Below are positions 28,348 through 36,577 of a DNA stretch of 64,000 nucleotides, piece after piece. The stretch is from an uncultured Pseudomonadota bacterium. Its GTDB lineage: Bacteria; Babelota; Babeliae; Babelales; Vermiphilaceae. The DNA lies in NCBI GenBank assembly GCA_964436435.1, contig CAYTCH010000001.1:822184-886183 (forward strand), given 5' to 3'. A program made the position numbers and the translations under genes. The notes beneath the pieces were generated by a model that had not been told where the DNA came from, did not search any database, and worked only from the letters and a program-made list of their open reading frames with translations. The first letter of the stretch is position 1, and every line of letters begins with the position of its first letter.

Positions 28348-28503
28348 ATGTTTAAGAAAATCATATCAATAACTGTATGCCTTACGCTCTTTGCAGGGCA
28401 GATTGTATTTGCTCGCGAAGAGTCGGTAATCGGCAAGTTGATAGATATTCTGTCCCTTTTTGAGCGTTCAGTATCAAGAGCTATGGGCGGTGCCGGCTTG
28501 TAA
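28348..28503 (+). CDS. Candidate small exported peptide (51 aa), not in the ORF track
   Basis: GGAAATGGAGG RBS ends about 5 nt before ATG 28348. Translation: MFKKIISITVCLTLFAGQIVFAREESVIGKLIDILSLFERSVSRAMGGAGL. Signal-like N-terminus plus an amphipathic tail. Lies directly upstream of the M48-like gene. Confidence 0.4.
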   Translation: MFKKIISITVCLTLFAGQIVFAREESVIGKLIDILSLFERSVSRAMGGAGL

Positions 28504-28593
28504 GTCAGGACAAAAAAATAGAAATTAAAATGAAGCAGCTCTCAACTCTAAAAAAAGTTGATGGCTGCGTTTTATTGTATAAGGGGTAATCGC

Positions 28594-29439
28594 ATGAAAA
28601 AGAGATTATTACTGTTATCCATGGTTACTGTGATGGCGACTGTTAGTGTACCATTACAAGTTGATGCTGCGCCTGCTGTTTTTTTAAAATACAAACAAGA
28701 GTTGAGCGCAGAACTTGCTGGTTTGCAGGATGAAATCTGTACAACCTTTTCCATGTCCTCTTTTGGTTGGAAAGCGTACAAACAGTCCTGGAACTGGGGT
28801 GTTCAATATAAATACGACCGATGTATTGCGGGGTTACAACTTGCGGGCAAGGGTTTGAGTGCGCGATTTAAAGCCATAGCAAACAATCTATTTAAGCGAC
28901 TCAATATCAGTGGCACGGTCTACAACGCAAAAGATTATATCGACCCGAATGAAACCGATCCTGCAAAAAAAGATCCAAATCTGTACTACGGAACATCAGA
29001 CGGCAACTGTGCGTATATCGATGAAGAGACGATGACCCGGTGTAATCTGTCAAACTCAGCCATTGAGGCGACGATTCTGCATGAGTTGGTGCACATTGTA
29101 ATGGAATACAGTCTTGCGTCATTCACGTTACAAAAATTGATCGAAAAAACTACAGATCCTGCTATTAAAGCCAAGGGGCAGCAGATACTCAGAAAGTTGC
29201 GCCACCTGCATGAAAAAATTGCAGATATTTTTGCCGGGTTAGCCGGTGGTATTGGCGTTGCACAAGCATTGGTTGGTGTTTACAGTCGTGGCTCATCACC
29301 TGCTACTGAAACGCATCCTGCTTTATCAAGTCGCGCTGCGTATATGCAGGCGGTCTGTGCTGCGATGCAGGCAGACCCTTACTACAGCACTGGTGTTGGG
29401 TATGGCAACGCGTTGAGTGAACGGTTGCCGTATTGTTAA
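28594..29439 (+). CDS. Exported M48-like zinc metalloprotease (HtpX/BepA-type motifs), minimal soluble form
   Basis: Signal peptide MKKRLLLLSMVTVMATVSVPLQVDA. Three motifs occur in M48 order and spacing: HELVH, then HEKIADIF (E-x-x-A-D), then THPALSSR. AAGGGG RBS before ATG 28594. Confidence 0.6.
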   Translation: MKKRLLLLSMVTVMATVSVPLQVDAAPAVFLKYKQELSAELAGLQDEICTTFSMSSFGWKAYKQSWNWGVQYKYDRCIAGLQLAGKGLSARFKAIANNLFKRLNISGTVYNAKDYIDPNETDPAKKDPNLYYGTSDGNCAYIDEETMTRCNLSNSAIEATILHELVHIVMEYSLASFTLQKLIEKTTDPAIKAKGQQILRKLRHLHEKIADIFAGLAGGIGVAQALVGVYSRGSSPATETHPALSSRAAYMQAVCAAMQADPYYSTGVGYGNALSERLPYC

Positions 29440-29518
29440 TAGTGTTTGTTTAAGCCTGTTAATTGATATAAATTATTCATAATTACAGTGTATTAATGAT
29501 ATTTGAGGGATGGGTTTT

Positions 29519-30496
29519 ATGAATAAGTTATTCACGGTTTCACGTGGGCATATCGTTGTGGTATGTGCTGTGTGTTTGGGCGGTGCTCAGGGAGTTTTTG
29601 CTTCCGAAGGAAAAACTGTTCAGAAAGATATAAATTTTCTTCTTGCCACTTCGCTTTCGATTCCACAAAGAATATTAGCCTGTTTGCCGGAATTTATTCG
29701 ACCAAGTACAGCACGTGTGCATGCGGGTGTTTCTGTGTCTATACCAGGAAAAACAGTTGACAATCTAAAGAGTTTCAAATTGGTTGAATGTTTTCCTGAT
29801 TCGATTGTTATAAAGAATGAAGACACTCAAAAAACTAAAGAAACTAAAGAAAAAATTAAAAAAGGGGCCGAATCGATTAATAACGATATTGAAGATTTGT
29901 GGAACAAAAAGTGCCTGCCTTTATGGGACTATATTACACAACACTACATCGTCGGCCTTTCAGGCCTTTGGAAAAAAGATAAATTTCCGGTCGGCATGGG
30001 TAGATTTCGACCAGAAAAGTTAGGGGTAGGCGTACTATTGCAGGATGGCTCTCGTGATATTGAGGTGAGTACGCAGGTAACAGTAGGTAAAAAATTGTGG
30101 CCATCTCAATGGAAAAATTTTCGTCCGTATCAAACGTACGGTAAAGCTCAAGCTGTTGTGCCAACAGCAATTTCTCGTAATCTGCATGGTTGTTCAGCTG
30201 AAGTTGGCGCGAAATGGGATGAAAATATTATGCCTGAATGTATAGGTAAAACATGGCATCCAGACACAAAACTGTCGGCAAAATTTTCTCAAAAGGATGG
30301 TGTAATTCTTCGTGCCGCAATGCGGCTGAAGCGTTTACAGTGTTGGAATGTTACTCCCAAAATGATGGTTGAGCTGAAAGGCCGAGGGGCTTTGTTGGGC
30401 GTGAGTTTAAGTAGCGATGGAAATTATGATAACAATGCTGATAATGATGATTTAATAGCACCAACATGTTGTAGTCGCACATTTAAATTTAAATAA
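29519..30496 (+). CDS. Hypothetical exported protein
   Basis: GAGGGA RBS, then ATG 29519. Signal peptide MNKLFTVSRGHIVVVCAVCLGGAQGVFA. No recognisable family. Confidence 0.55.
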   Translation: MNKLFTVSRGHIVVVCAVCLGGAQGVFASEGKTVQKDINFLLATSLSIPQRILACLPEFIRPSTARVHAGVSVSIPGKTVDNLKSFKLVECFPDSIVIKNEDTQKTKETKEKIKKGAESINNDIEDLWNKKCLPLWDYITQHYIVGLSGLWKKDKFPVGMGRFRPEKLGVGVLLQDGSRDIEVSTQVTVGKKLWPSQWKNFRPYQTYGKAQAVVPTAISRNLHGCSAEVGAKWDENIMPECIGKTWHPDTKLSAKFSQKDGVILRAAMRLKRLQCWNVTPKMMVELKGRGALLGVSLSSDGNYDNNADNDDLIAPTCCSRTFKFK

Positions 30497-30605
30497 AATC
30501 TGACTGTATCCGCCATTTGAGCGTAGTAGGAAGCCCATTATGGGCTTCGGGGGATTGTAAAATATACAGCGCCTTGGGATATTATCATCCCAGGGCGCTT
30601 TTTTA
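30497..30605 (+). repeat. Copy A of a ~105-130-nt intergenic element (box CTGTATCCGCCATTTG, hairpin GAAGCCC-ATTAT-GGGCTTC, terminal terminator hairpin)
   Basis: Aligns with 31092-31224: AAATCTGACTGTATCCGCCATTTG / AAATTTGGCTGTGTCCGCCATCTTG; AGCGTAGTAGGAAGCCCATTATGGGCTTCGGGGGATTGTAAAA / AGCGTAATTGAAAGCCTATGATGGGCGTCGGAGAATTTAAAA. Ends in AGCGCCTTGGGAT...ATCCCAGGGCGCT plus T6. Confidence 0.7.
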
Positions 30606-30695
30606 GTGTACTCATTTGGGATAGTTGCAATCATTTCAATCATTTTGTTACGCTCCGCGTGAGTGTTGTTTAACCCAAAAACAAAGGAGTTGCAC

Positions 30696-31091
30696 ATGTT
30701 AAAACTGTGGAAGCCACTAGAAGAAGAATTATTGGAAGGGCTTCATCTTGTTCCTTCCCATAACGGTGATTTTGCCGTTGATGTGCTTGACGAAAAAGAT
30801 AATGTGATTGTTGAAGTACATGTTGCAGGAATAGATCCGGACAAAATAGATATTGCTGTGGAACACAACCATCTGCGTATTTCAGGAACGCGTGAAGAAC
30901 GCTCTGAAACAAAAGAGGGGCATTTTTACCGTAAAGAAATTCGACGTGGCTTTTTTGAGCGCATTGTAGCCTTGCCGGTTCCTGTTGATCCAACCAAAAC
31001 AATGGCAGAGTCTAAGCATGGTTTGTTGCGTATTGTGTTGCCAAAACTGCACACGGAAAAAGCAAGCAAGATTAAAATTATCAAAAAATAA
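30696..31091 (+). CDS. Small heat-shock protein, Hsp20/alpha-crystallin family
   Basis: Alpha-crystallin domain: DVLDEKDNVIVEVHVAGIDPDKIDIAVEHNHLRISGTRE...FERIVALPVPVD...HGLLRIVLPK. AAAGGAG RBS before ATG 30696. Confidence 0.9.
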   Translation: MLKLWKPLEEELLEGLHLVPSHNGDFAVDVLDEKDNVIVEVHVAGIDPDKIDIAVEHNHLRISGTREERSETKEGHFYRKEIRRGFFERIVALPVPVDPTKTMAESKHGLLRIVLPKLHTEKASKIKIIKK

Positions 31092-31224
31092 AATTTGGCT
31101 GTGTCCGCCATCTTGTCCAATAGAGCTTCAGTCTAGGCGTGAGCGTAATTGAAAGCCTATGATGGGCGTCGGAGAATTTAAAAATAAAAGCGTTTTTGGG
31201 GTCTAAAGCTCCAAGGCGCTTTTA
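31092..31224 (+). repeat. Copy B of the intergenic element; its terminal hairpin overlaps the 3' end of the convergent kinase gene
   Basis: See copy A. Has a ~24-nt insertion relative to A after the CCGCCAT box. The terminal arm CCAAGGCGCT encodes the last residues (KSALEL) of the minus-strand ORF. Confidence 0.7.
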
Positions 31225-31901
31225 TTATTGGTGGCAATGGCGGGCTGAGTTGTTACCAAAAAGTCAGCAACGGCATTGAGCAATTGGTTACGTTTACTTT
31301 CTTCTGAAGCAAACTCCTGATCACAATCAAGTACAAGCACCGGCACCTTTTCAAGGCCGGGTAGCAGGTCTTCTTTACGGATAAGAAATGATTCAAGACG
31401 ATCGTGAATCTGATTGAGGTAGACAAGAGGAATAGTTTCTTCGCCCAGACGGTTACGTTTTTTGGTGCGTTCGTAGGCCCGTTCTGGTGACGTTCGTAAA
31501 TAAATAAATCCATTGGGTTGATGACAACTATCCTTAACGAGATAATCAAACCAGTTCCTGTGGATTTCCCACTCAAGGTCAGTCATAAATCCTTGTTGGT
31601 AGCAATTGAGTGCAAAGCAGTAGTAGCCAGAATAGATGGAGCGCTCCATCACGATATATTCATTTTTGATCTGTTGTTCACGCATGTGTTCTTTCACGCG
31701 GCACATTAGTGTGAACATTTCCATAGTGAAGGCCCAACGAGGAGTGTCTTTGTAAAAATGTTCAAGTAGTGATTGTCCGTGAGATTGTTTATTCCACGAG
31801 TCGAGCGGTTCGTTGACGATTTTAACGTGTGGCATAAATTCGTTAATAATATTCAAAAACGTTGTTTTGCCAGCTCCGATATTGCCTTCAATTATGTACA
31901 T
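31203..31901 (-). CDS. Deoxynucleoside kinase (dAK/dGK/dCK family)
   Basis: P-loop IIEGNIGAGKTTF. ERSIYS motif. Arg-rich LID RTKKRNRLGEE. 232 aa. Confidence 0.85.
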   Translation of the reverse strand: MYIIEGNIGAGKTTFLNIINEFMPHVKIVNEPLDSWNKQSHGQSLLEHFYKDTPRWAFTMEMFTLMCRVKEHMREQQIKNEYIVMERSIYSGYYCFALNCYQQGFMTDLEWEIHRNWFDYLVKDSCHQPNGFIYLRTSPERAYERTKKRNRLGEETIPLVYLNQIHDRLESFLIRKEDLLPGLEKVPVLVLDCDQEFASEESKRNQLLNAVADFLVTTQPAIATNNKSALEL

Positions 31902-32018
31902 AGATCACATCTCTTGGCTTACACATTGGTTAATTGATTTTCACAAAAAAGATACATGACACAGTATCATAATCGGTTCCATCTGACCATTATAAATCAG
32001 AACTTGTGGCCTATTTTT

Positions 32019-33158
32019 TTAGACCAGAATTCGAGGAATCTCTGATGCAATAATAGTGGTGATTTCGCGAGGGTTTGTTTTGTATCGTGCGGCGATTTCA
32101 TCAACGCGAATACCCGTATGGTCACCCACCAAAACAACTTCATCTCCTACGTGAGGTTCTTTTATTGTAATGCTGGTGATATCTAACATTGTGGTGTTCA
32201 TGGCTATACGGCCAACAACGGGAACAAGTTGATTATGCACGAGTGCAAGCATGCCACTATTTTCATAGTATTTGCTATATCCGTCGGCGTATCCTACTGC
32301 AATGACCGCGATTTTTGCATCTTTGGCTGGTATAAACGTGCCGTCGTAGCCCACCGGATTACCAGCAACCACCCTTTTAATTTCAATAATTCTTGTTTTC
32401 CAGGTGAGTGTTGGTTTGAGCGTGATGCCAGGATAAATCAGTTCAGCGGCAGCTTTAACCTGTTCAGATGGCCAAAAACCATGAATGGCAATGCCTGGTC
32501 TGAAAAATGTGCCGGGAGCATCTTTGAGGCGTAATGTAACTGCTGAGTTGCAAATATGTTGGTATGGAATAGTGATACCTTCACGTTCCAGTTTTTGTAA
32601 AACCCAGGTGAACTTTTCCATTTGTGCTTGCATGATCGATAAATCAGCAGAGTAGGCGTGTGAAAAATGGGACGCGATGCCGCGTATTTCCAATCCTGGG
32701 TACGTGAGTGCTTTTTTGATAAACGTCAAGGCGTTACGAGGGCTGACGCCAAAACGGGAAAGGCCAGTATCAATCTTTAGGTGAATATTGCATGGTTTGC
32801 CCAATTTTTGTGCTGCTTGGCTTAATTCTTCAAAGTCTTCTGTTCGATATACCATGAGGTCGATGTCATGGGCAATGGCAAGCTCCGGTGATTCATCCAG
32901 GTAGGCGAGTACCAAAATTGGCTTGGTAAAGTCGTTGGCTCGCAGTTTAAGCGCTTCAGAAAGCGATGCGACACAGACCCAATCAACGTGGTGTGATTCT
33001 TGGCATACGGTGCCGACCTCAAGCATGCCATGGCCGTATGCGTTTCCTTTGATTACAGGGGCAAAAACGTTCTTTCCAACAACCTTTTTAAGTTGTTTAA
33101 GGTTGTGTATCAGCGCCTGTTTGCTGATTTCTATCCATGTGTGGGGTTTGTGTATCAT
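32019..33158 (-). CDS. alr: Alanine racemase
   Basis: PLP-lysine block APVIKGNAYGHG. C-terminal beta-domain blocks VGYDGTF and VVGRIAMNTTMLD. 379 aa. Confidence 0.9.
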   Translation of the reverse strand: MIHKPHTWIEISKQALIHNLKQLKKVVGKNVFAPVIKGNAYGHGMLEVGTVCQESHHVDWVCVASLSEALKLRANDFTKPILVLAYLDESPELAIAHDIDLMVYRTEDFEELSQAAQKLGKPCNIHLKIDTGLSRFGVSPRNALTFIKKALTYPGLEIRGIASHFSHAYSADLSIMQAQMEKFTWVLQKLEREGITIPYQHICNSAVTLRLKDAPGTFFRPGIAIHGFWPSEQVKAAAELIYPGITLKPTLTWKTRIIEIKRVVAGNPVGYDGTFIPAKDAKIAVIAVGYADGYSKYYENSGMLALVHNQLVPVVGRIAMNTTMLDITSITIKEPHVGDEVVLVGDHTGIRVDEIAARYKTNPREITTIIASEIPRILV

Positions 33159-33269
33159 AAGTTATTTATTTGCACCTGTGCAAGAAGGTTAATCGTTCAA
33201 AGACTATTTTTAGAAATTATACACCAAAAAGCCCTAGAAAGCCGCGGTTTTTCATGTTACGATGAGAAT

Positions 33270-34004
33270 ATGAAAAAAAATAATACAATTACTGGTGAAT
33301 TAATCTACGGTGTTCATCCCATAGTCGAGTGTTTGAAGGCCAAGCGTCGTAAACTGATCTCAATCTATACGACCAAGCCACATCCTCGATCTTTTGAGCA
33401 GATTGAACGGCTTTTACCCCATAGCCGGGTGCCGATTCAATACGTGACTCATGAGGTGCTCCATAAGATGGCTGGAACAACAGACCATCAGAGTGTTATC
33501 GCATGGGTACAAACCTTTCCCTTTAGAAACAAAGACTTTGACCCTGAACGTCAAAAATTCATCGTTATGCTGGATAGCATTCAAGATCCCCGCAACCTCG
33601 GTGCCATTATACGCTCTGCGTATTGTGCCGGTGCTGACGGAGTGGTTTTATGCAAAAAGGCAGGCGCGCCTTTAACCGGTGCGGCAGTTAAAGCTGCAGC
33701 AGGTTTGTGCGAGCATATGGAGATTATGTTGGCCCCTTCGGCTGCCTATGCTGCCAAAACCTTGAGTGATGCAGGTTATAATTTGTATATGGCGGTTTTT
33801 GATGGTGAGGTTGCAACACAGGTTGCTTACCAAGAGCCTGTATGCTTGGTGATCGGTAACGAGGCGATAGGTATATCGAAAGAGATCGTTCGCTTTGGCA
33901 CCGCGATTACTCTGCCACAACGTTCGGCCGATATATCATATAATGCTTCCGTTGCTGCCGGTATTTTACTTTTTCATATCGGAACGCAGACCGGACGAAT
34001 ATAA
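33270..34004 (+). CDS. rlmB: SpoU/TrmH-family RNA 2'-O-methyltransferase (RlmB-like)
   Basis: N-terminal substrate-binding domain GELIYGVHPIVECLKA. SPOUT motifs DSIQDPRNLGAIIRSA, LVIGNEAIGIS and SYNASVAAGILLF. ATG 33270; the ORF-track start at 33000 would overlap alr on the opposite strand. Confidence 0.85.
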   Translation: MKKNNTITGELIYGVHPIVECLKAKRRKLISIYTTKPHPRSFEQIERLLPHSRVPIQYVTHEVLHKMAGTTDHQSVIAWVQTFPFRNKDFDPERQKFIVMLDSIQDPRNLGAIIRSAYCAGADGVVLCKKAGAPLTGAAVKAAAGLCEHMEIMLAPSAAYAAKTLSDAGYNLYMAVFDGEVATQVAYQEPVCLVIGNEAIGISKEIVRFGTAITLPQRSADISYNASVAAGILLFHIGTQTGRI

Positions 34005-34035
34005 AATTTCCCTTTTTTCTTCTGAAAATAAAACG

Positions 34036-34064
34036 AGGCCGTATGAAAATACGGCCTTTTTTTT
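34036..34064 (+). terminator. Intrinsic terminator of the rlmB-like gene
   Basis: GGCCGTAT GAAA ATACGGCC hairpin followed by T8. Confidence 0.9.
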
Positions 34065-34280
34065 ACGTGTCATTGCGCCAGGCATGAATTGTCCTTATGA
34101 TTTCAAAAAACGTTTTTATAAATTTTGACTGTTATCCATGTTCATTTTATTGGCGTGCTCGCAAGCACAGGCCATGAATAAACAAGTGGTGCAGGATGAC
34201 CCGCGCTTCTTGCTCTGTGTAATCTTGGTAAGGGGCGAGGTATATTTGATGCGAAATTCTTTGGTTGTCAAAATGAACAT

Positions 34281-34327
34281 TGGGCCGAGCTGTTGATTTA
34301 TTTCCACAGCTCGGCCCAACAATTTTT
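34281..34327 (+). terminator. Orphan terminator-like hairpin in a ~480-nt non-coding gap
   Basis: Perfect 13-bp inverted repeat TGGGCCGAGCTGT / ACAGCTCGGCCCA with a 12-nt loop. T5 run 5 nt downstream. No convincing CDS upstream of it. Confidence 0.45.
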
Positions 34328-34545
34328 AGGTACGACAAAAGGGTACTGTATTTCAACGTTCACACAGTGAGTACAGTAGTAATGGACACCAACTTGATGA
34401 CGCAACGTCTATTTCTCTCTAAATTCCACGCTTACGCAGGCAATAAACATTTTTTTTTCATTTTATTGACTGTTGGAGCGAAAAAACGGTATGAAAAAAG
34501 AGAGAGTTTTGAGTGAAGGGACAATGCTCGACAGAGGGGGAGAGC

Positions 34546-35325
34546 ATGAGCCGTTTTGCAAAAATTATTATAATCACGTTTCTTTTTGTTGGTTTTATGC
34601 TCTGCGCCTGGATGGTGCGCGGATTGGCAAGTTCATGGTTTCAGGTTGACCAATTTGTGGTGCACCCAGGGGACCAGTTTTCTCAAGAGCAACAACAGGC
34701 TATCATGACTTTTTTCCAGGAAACACAGGAGCTTAAGACCGCGTCTCTTGATCAGATATCATCAAGCGTTCGTGGCCAATTTCCTTCCGTCGGTCGCCTT
34801 GCTTTGTCACAAGATGCATCCGGACAGGTCACCGTATTTTTGGAACCGGTACGCCCACAAAGTTTAATTAATGAATATGTGTTGTCACAAGATGGCCAAC
34901 TGTTTAAAAAGCAGTTGTTTCATGAATCAGTAGTCAGCTCGCTCGTGAACATTTTTATACCATGCCTTGATGCTTGTTGTGTGAGTCCGTGTACAGCAGA
35001 AAATAAAGAATGTGTGGGCACGTTGTTGCCTGAGCTTCATGAAACCGTATGCAAAATTTCTGGTGCACTGTTACAACGTTACAACATATCGTGTCGCAAC
35101 CAGGCGTCTTGGTTATTAGTGGACAAACAGGAACAGCGATTTGCAATCCTGTTTCATGGAACAAAAATTCCGGATGAAAAGGTTATCGCCACGTGTGACA
35201 AGTTAAAGGGGACCTTGGATGCACGTGGGGTGTTCACCGCCGCAGATACATTAAGTTGGGTTGCGGATGTGCGCTTTGAAAATCAGATCGTTCTCTTTCG
35301 AAATGCAGGGGGCAATAATGGGTAA
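34546..35325 (+). CDS. ftsQ: Cell division protein FtsQ-like (single N-terminal TM, periplasmic domain)
   Basis: Position immediately upstream of, and overlapping, ftsA. N-terminal TM FAKIIIITFLFVGFMLCAWMV. GAGGGGGA RBS before ATG 34546. Sequence similarity itself is weak. Confidence 0.6.
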   Translation: MSRFAKIIIITFLFVGFMLCAWMVRGLASSWFQVDQFVVHPGDQFSQEQQQAIMTFFQETQELKTASLDQISSSVRGQFPSVGRLALSQDASGQVTVFLEPVRPQSLINEYVLSQDGQLFKKQLFHESVVSSLVNIFIPCLDACCVSPCTAENKECVGTLLPELHETVCKISGALLQRYNISCRNQASWLLVDKQEQRFAILFHGTKIPDEKVIATCDKLKGTLDARGVFTAADTLSWVADVRFENQIVLFRNAGGNNG

Positions 35326-36550
35326 AGTTTTTTCCGGCCGGATCATAACGGCAATCGATGTGGGAACAACAAAAATATGCGTCCTTGTTGCCAGCCAAGT
35401 GGACAAAGATCATCTTGAGGTGATCGGCGTTGGTAAGGCACCTTCAGACGGTCTTAAAAAGGGCGTGGTTGTTGATGTTGCCAAAACCATCGAATCAATT
35501 AAGCAGGCAGTCAAAGAAGCGGAGCTGATGTCGGGACATACCATTGATTCCGCAGTCATTGGTATTTCCGGCGGGCATATTAAATCAATTAACTCGCACG
35601 GTGCGGTTCCTATTAAAACCGGACAAGTCAGAGCCATGGACATAGAAAATGTGTTGGCTGCTGCACGTGCGGTACAAATTGCCCCTGGGCAACAAGTGCT
35701 GCATGTGCTTCCGCAATATTTTCAGATTGATGGTGGCGACAGAATTACCGACCCTACCGATATGTATGGCATACGTTTGGAAGTGCAAGCGCATATCATC
35801 ACCGGTTCGGTAGCTTCTGCACAAAACCTTGTCAATTGTTGCGAAAATGCCGGTGTCAAAGTAACTGACATAGTGCTTGAGCAACTTGCTTCAGCGCGCG
35901 CGGTTTTGAGTCCTGATGAACAGGAACTTGGTGTTGGCATGTTGGACATTGGTGGTGGAACGTCAGATTTGGCGTTGTACCGCAATGGTAGCATACGGCA
36001 CACCATGGTGCTTCCGGTTGCAGGCAACCATTTTACCAATGACTTGGCGGTTGGCTTGCGAACAACCATTAACGATGCTGAACGTATTAAGCGTCGCTAT
36101 GGCTTAGTGGACTACCGATTTCTGGATCATGATGAGTCAATTGAAATTGAAATGGTTCAAGGTGGTAGTATGCGTACCATTCAGCGTTTTGATTTACTTG
36201 CCGTTTTGGAACCTCGAGCTCGTGAATTATTGACGCTCGTTCACCATGAAATAATGCTTCATAATTTGCGGCCGCTCATTGCCTCTGGTCTTGTGTTGAC
36301 CGGTGGAGGTTCGTTGTTGCTGGGTATGAAAGAGTTGGCACAAGAGATTTTTGAGTGCGATGTTCGTATCGGTTCGCCGCGTCTGCATTTTGGAATTTCT
36401 GAGTCGCTTGACTCGCCAATGTATGCAACAAGTTATGGTCTTTTGTTGCATGCGCTTAAAAGTTCACAAAATGGAATTGATGATGCGTCAGGACCGGGTG
36501 TTAAAAAGGTGTTTTCGCGCATGAAATCCTGGATAGCGGATTTCTTTTAA
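35318..36550 (+). CDS. ftsA: Cell division protein FtsA
   Basis: Actin-fold phosphate motifs AIDVGTTKICVLV and MLDIGGGTSDLALY, plus LTGGGSLL. C-terminal amphipathic helix FSRMKSWIADFF. Confidence 0.92.
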   Translation: MGKVFSGRIITAIDVGTTKICVLVASQVDKDHLEVIGVGKAPSDGLKKGVVVDVAKTIESIKQAVKEAELMSGHTIDSAVIGISGGHIKSINSHGAVPIKTGQVRAMDIENVLAAARAVQIAPGQQVLHVLPQYFQIDGGDRITDPTDMYGIRLEVQAHIITGSVASAQNLVNCCENAGVKVTDIVLEQLASARAVLSPDEQELGVGMLDIGGGTSDLALYRNGSIRHTMVLPVAGNHFTNDLAVGLRTTINDAERIKRRYGLVDYRFLDHDESIEIEMVQGGSMRTIQRFDLLAVLEPRARELLTLVHHEIMLHNLRPLIASGLVLTGGGSLLLGMKELAQEIFECDVRIGSPRLHFGISESLDSPMYATSYGLLLHALKSSQNGIDDASGPGVKKVFSRMKSWIADFF

Positions 36551-36577
36551 AAGGTTGATAACGTAAGGAGTTTTTTC

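Noticed and set aside
33000-33269. N-terminal 90-codon extension of the rlmB-like ORF in the ORF track.
   Set aside because: The extension overlaps the alr coding region on the opposite strand and has no family similarity. The conserved TrmH-family N-terminus begins at ATG 33270.
34065-34545. Tested the gap by eye for SRP (4.5S) RNA, tmRNA, RNase P RNA and tRNA.
   Set aside because: GCAGGATGACCCGCGC vaguely resembles the E. coli 4.5S segment GCAGAUGACGCG, but the GGAA-tetraloop/AGCA helix-8 core and its spacing are not reproduced. There is no tmRNA tag or tRNA-like end, and no RNase P P4 consensus. Kept only as a generic sRNA candidate.
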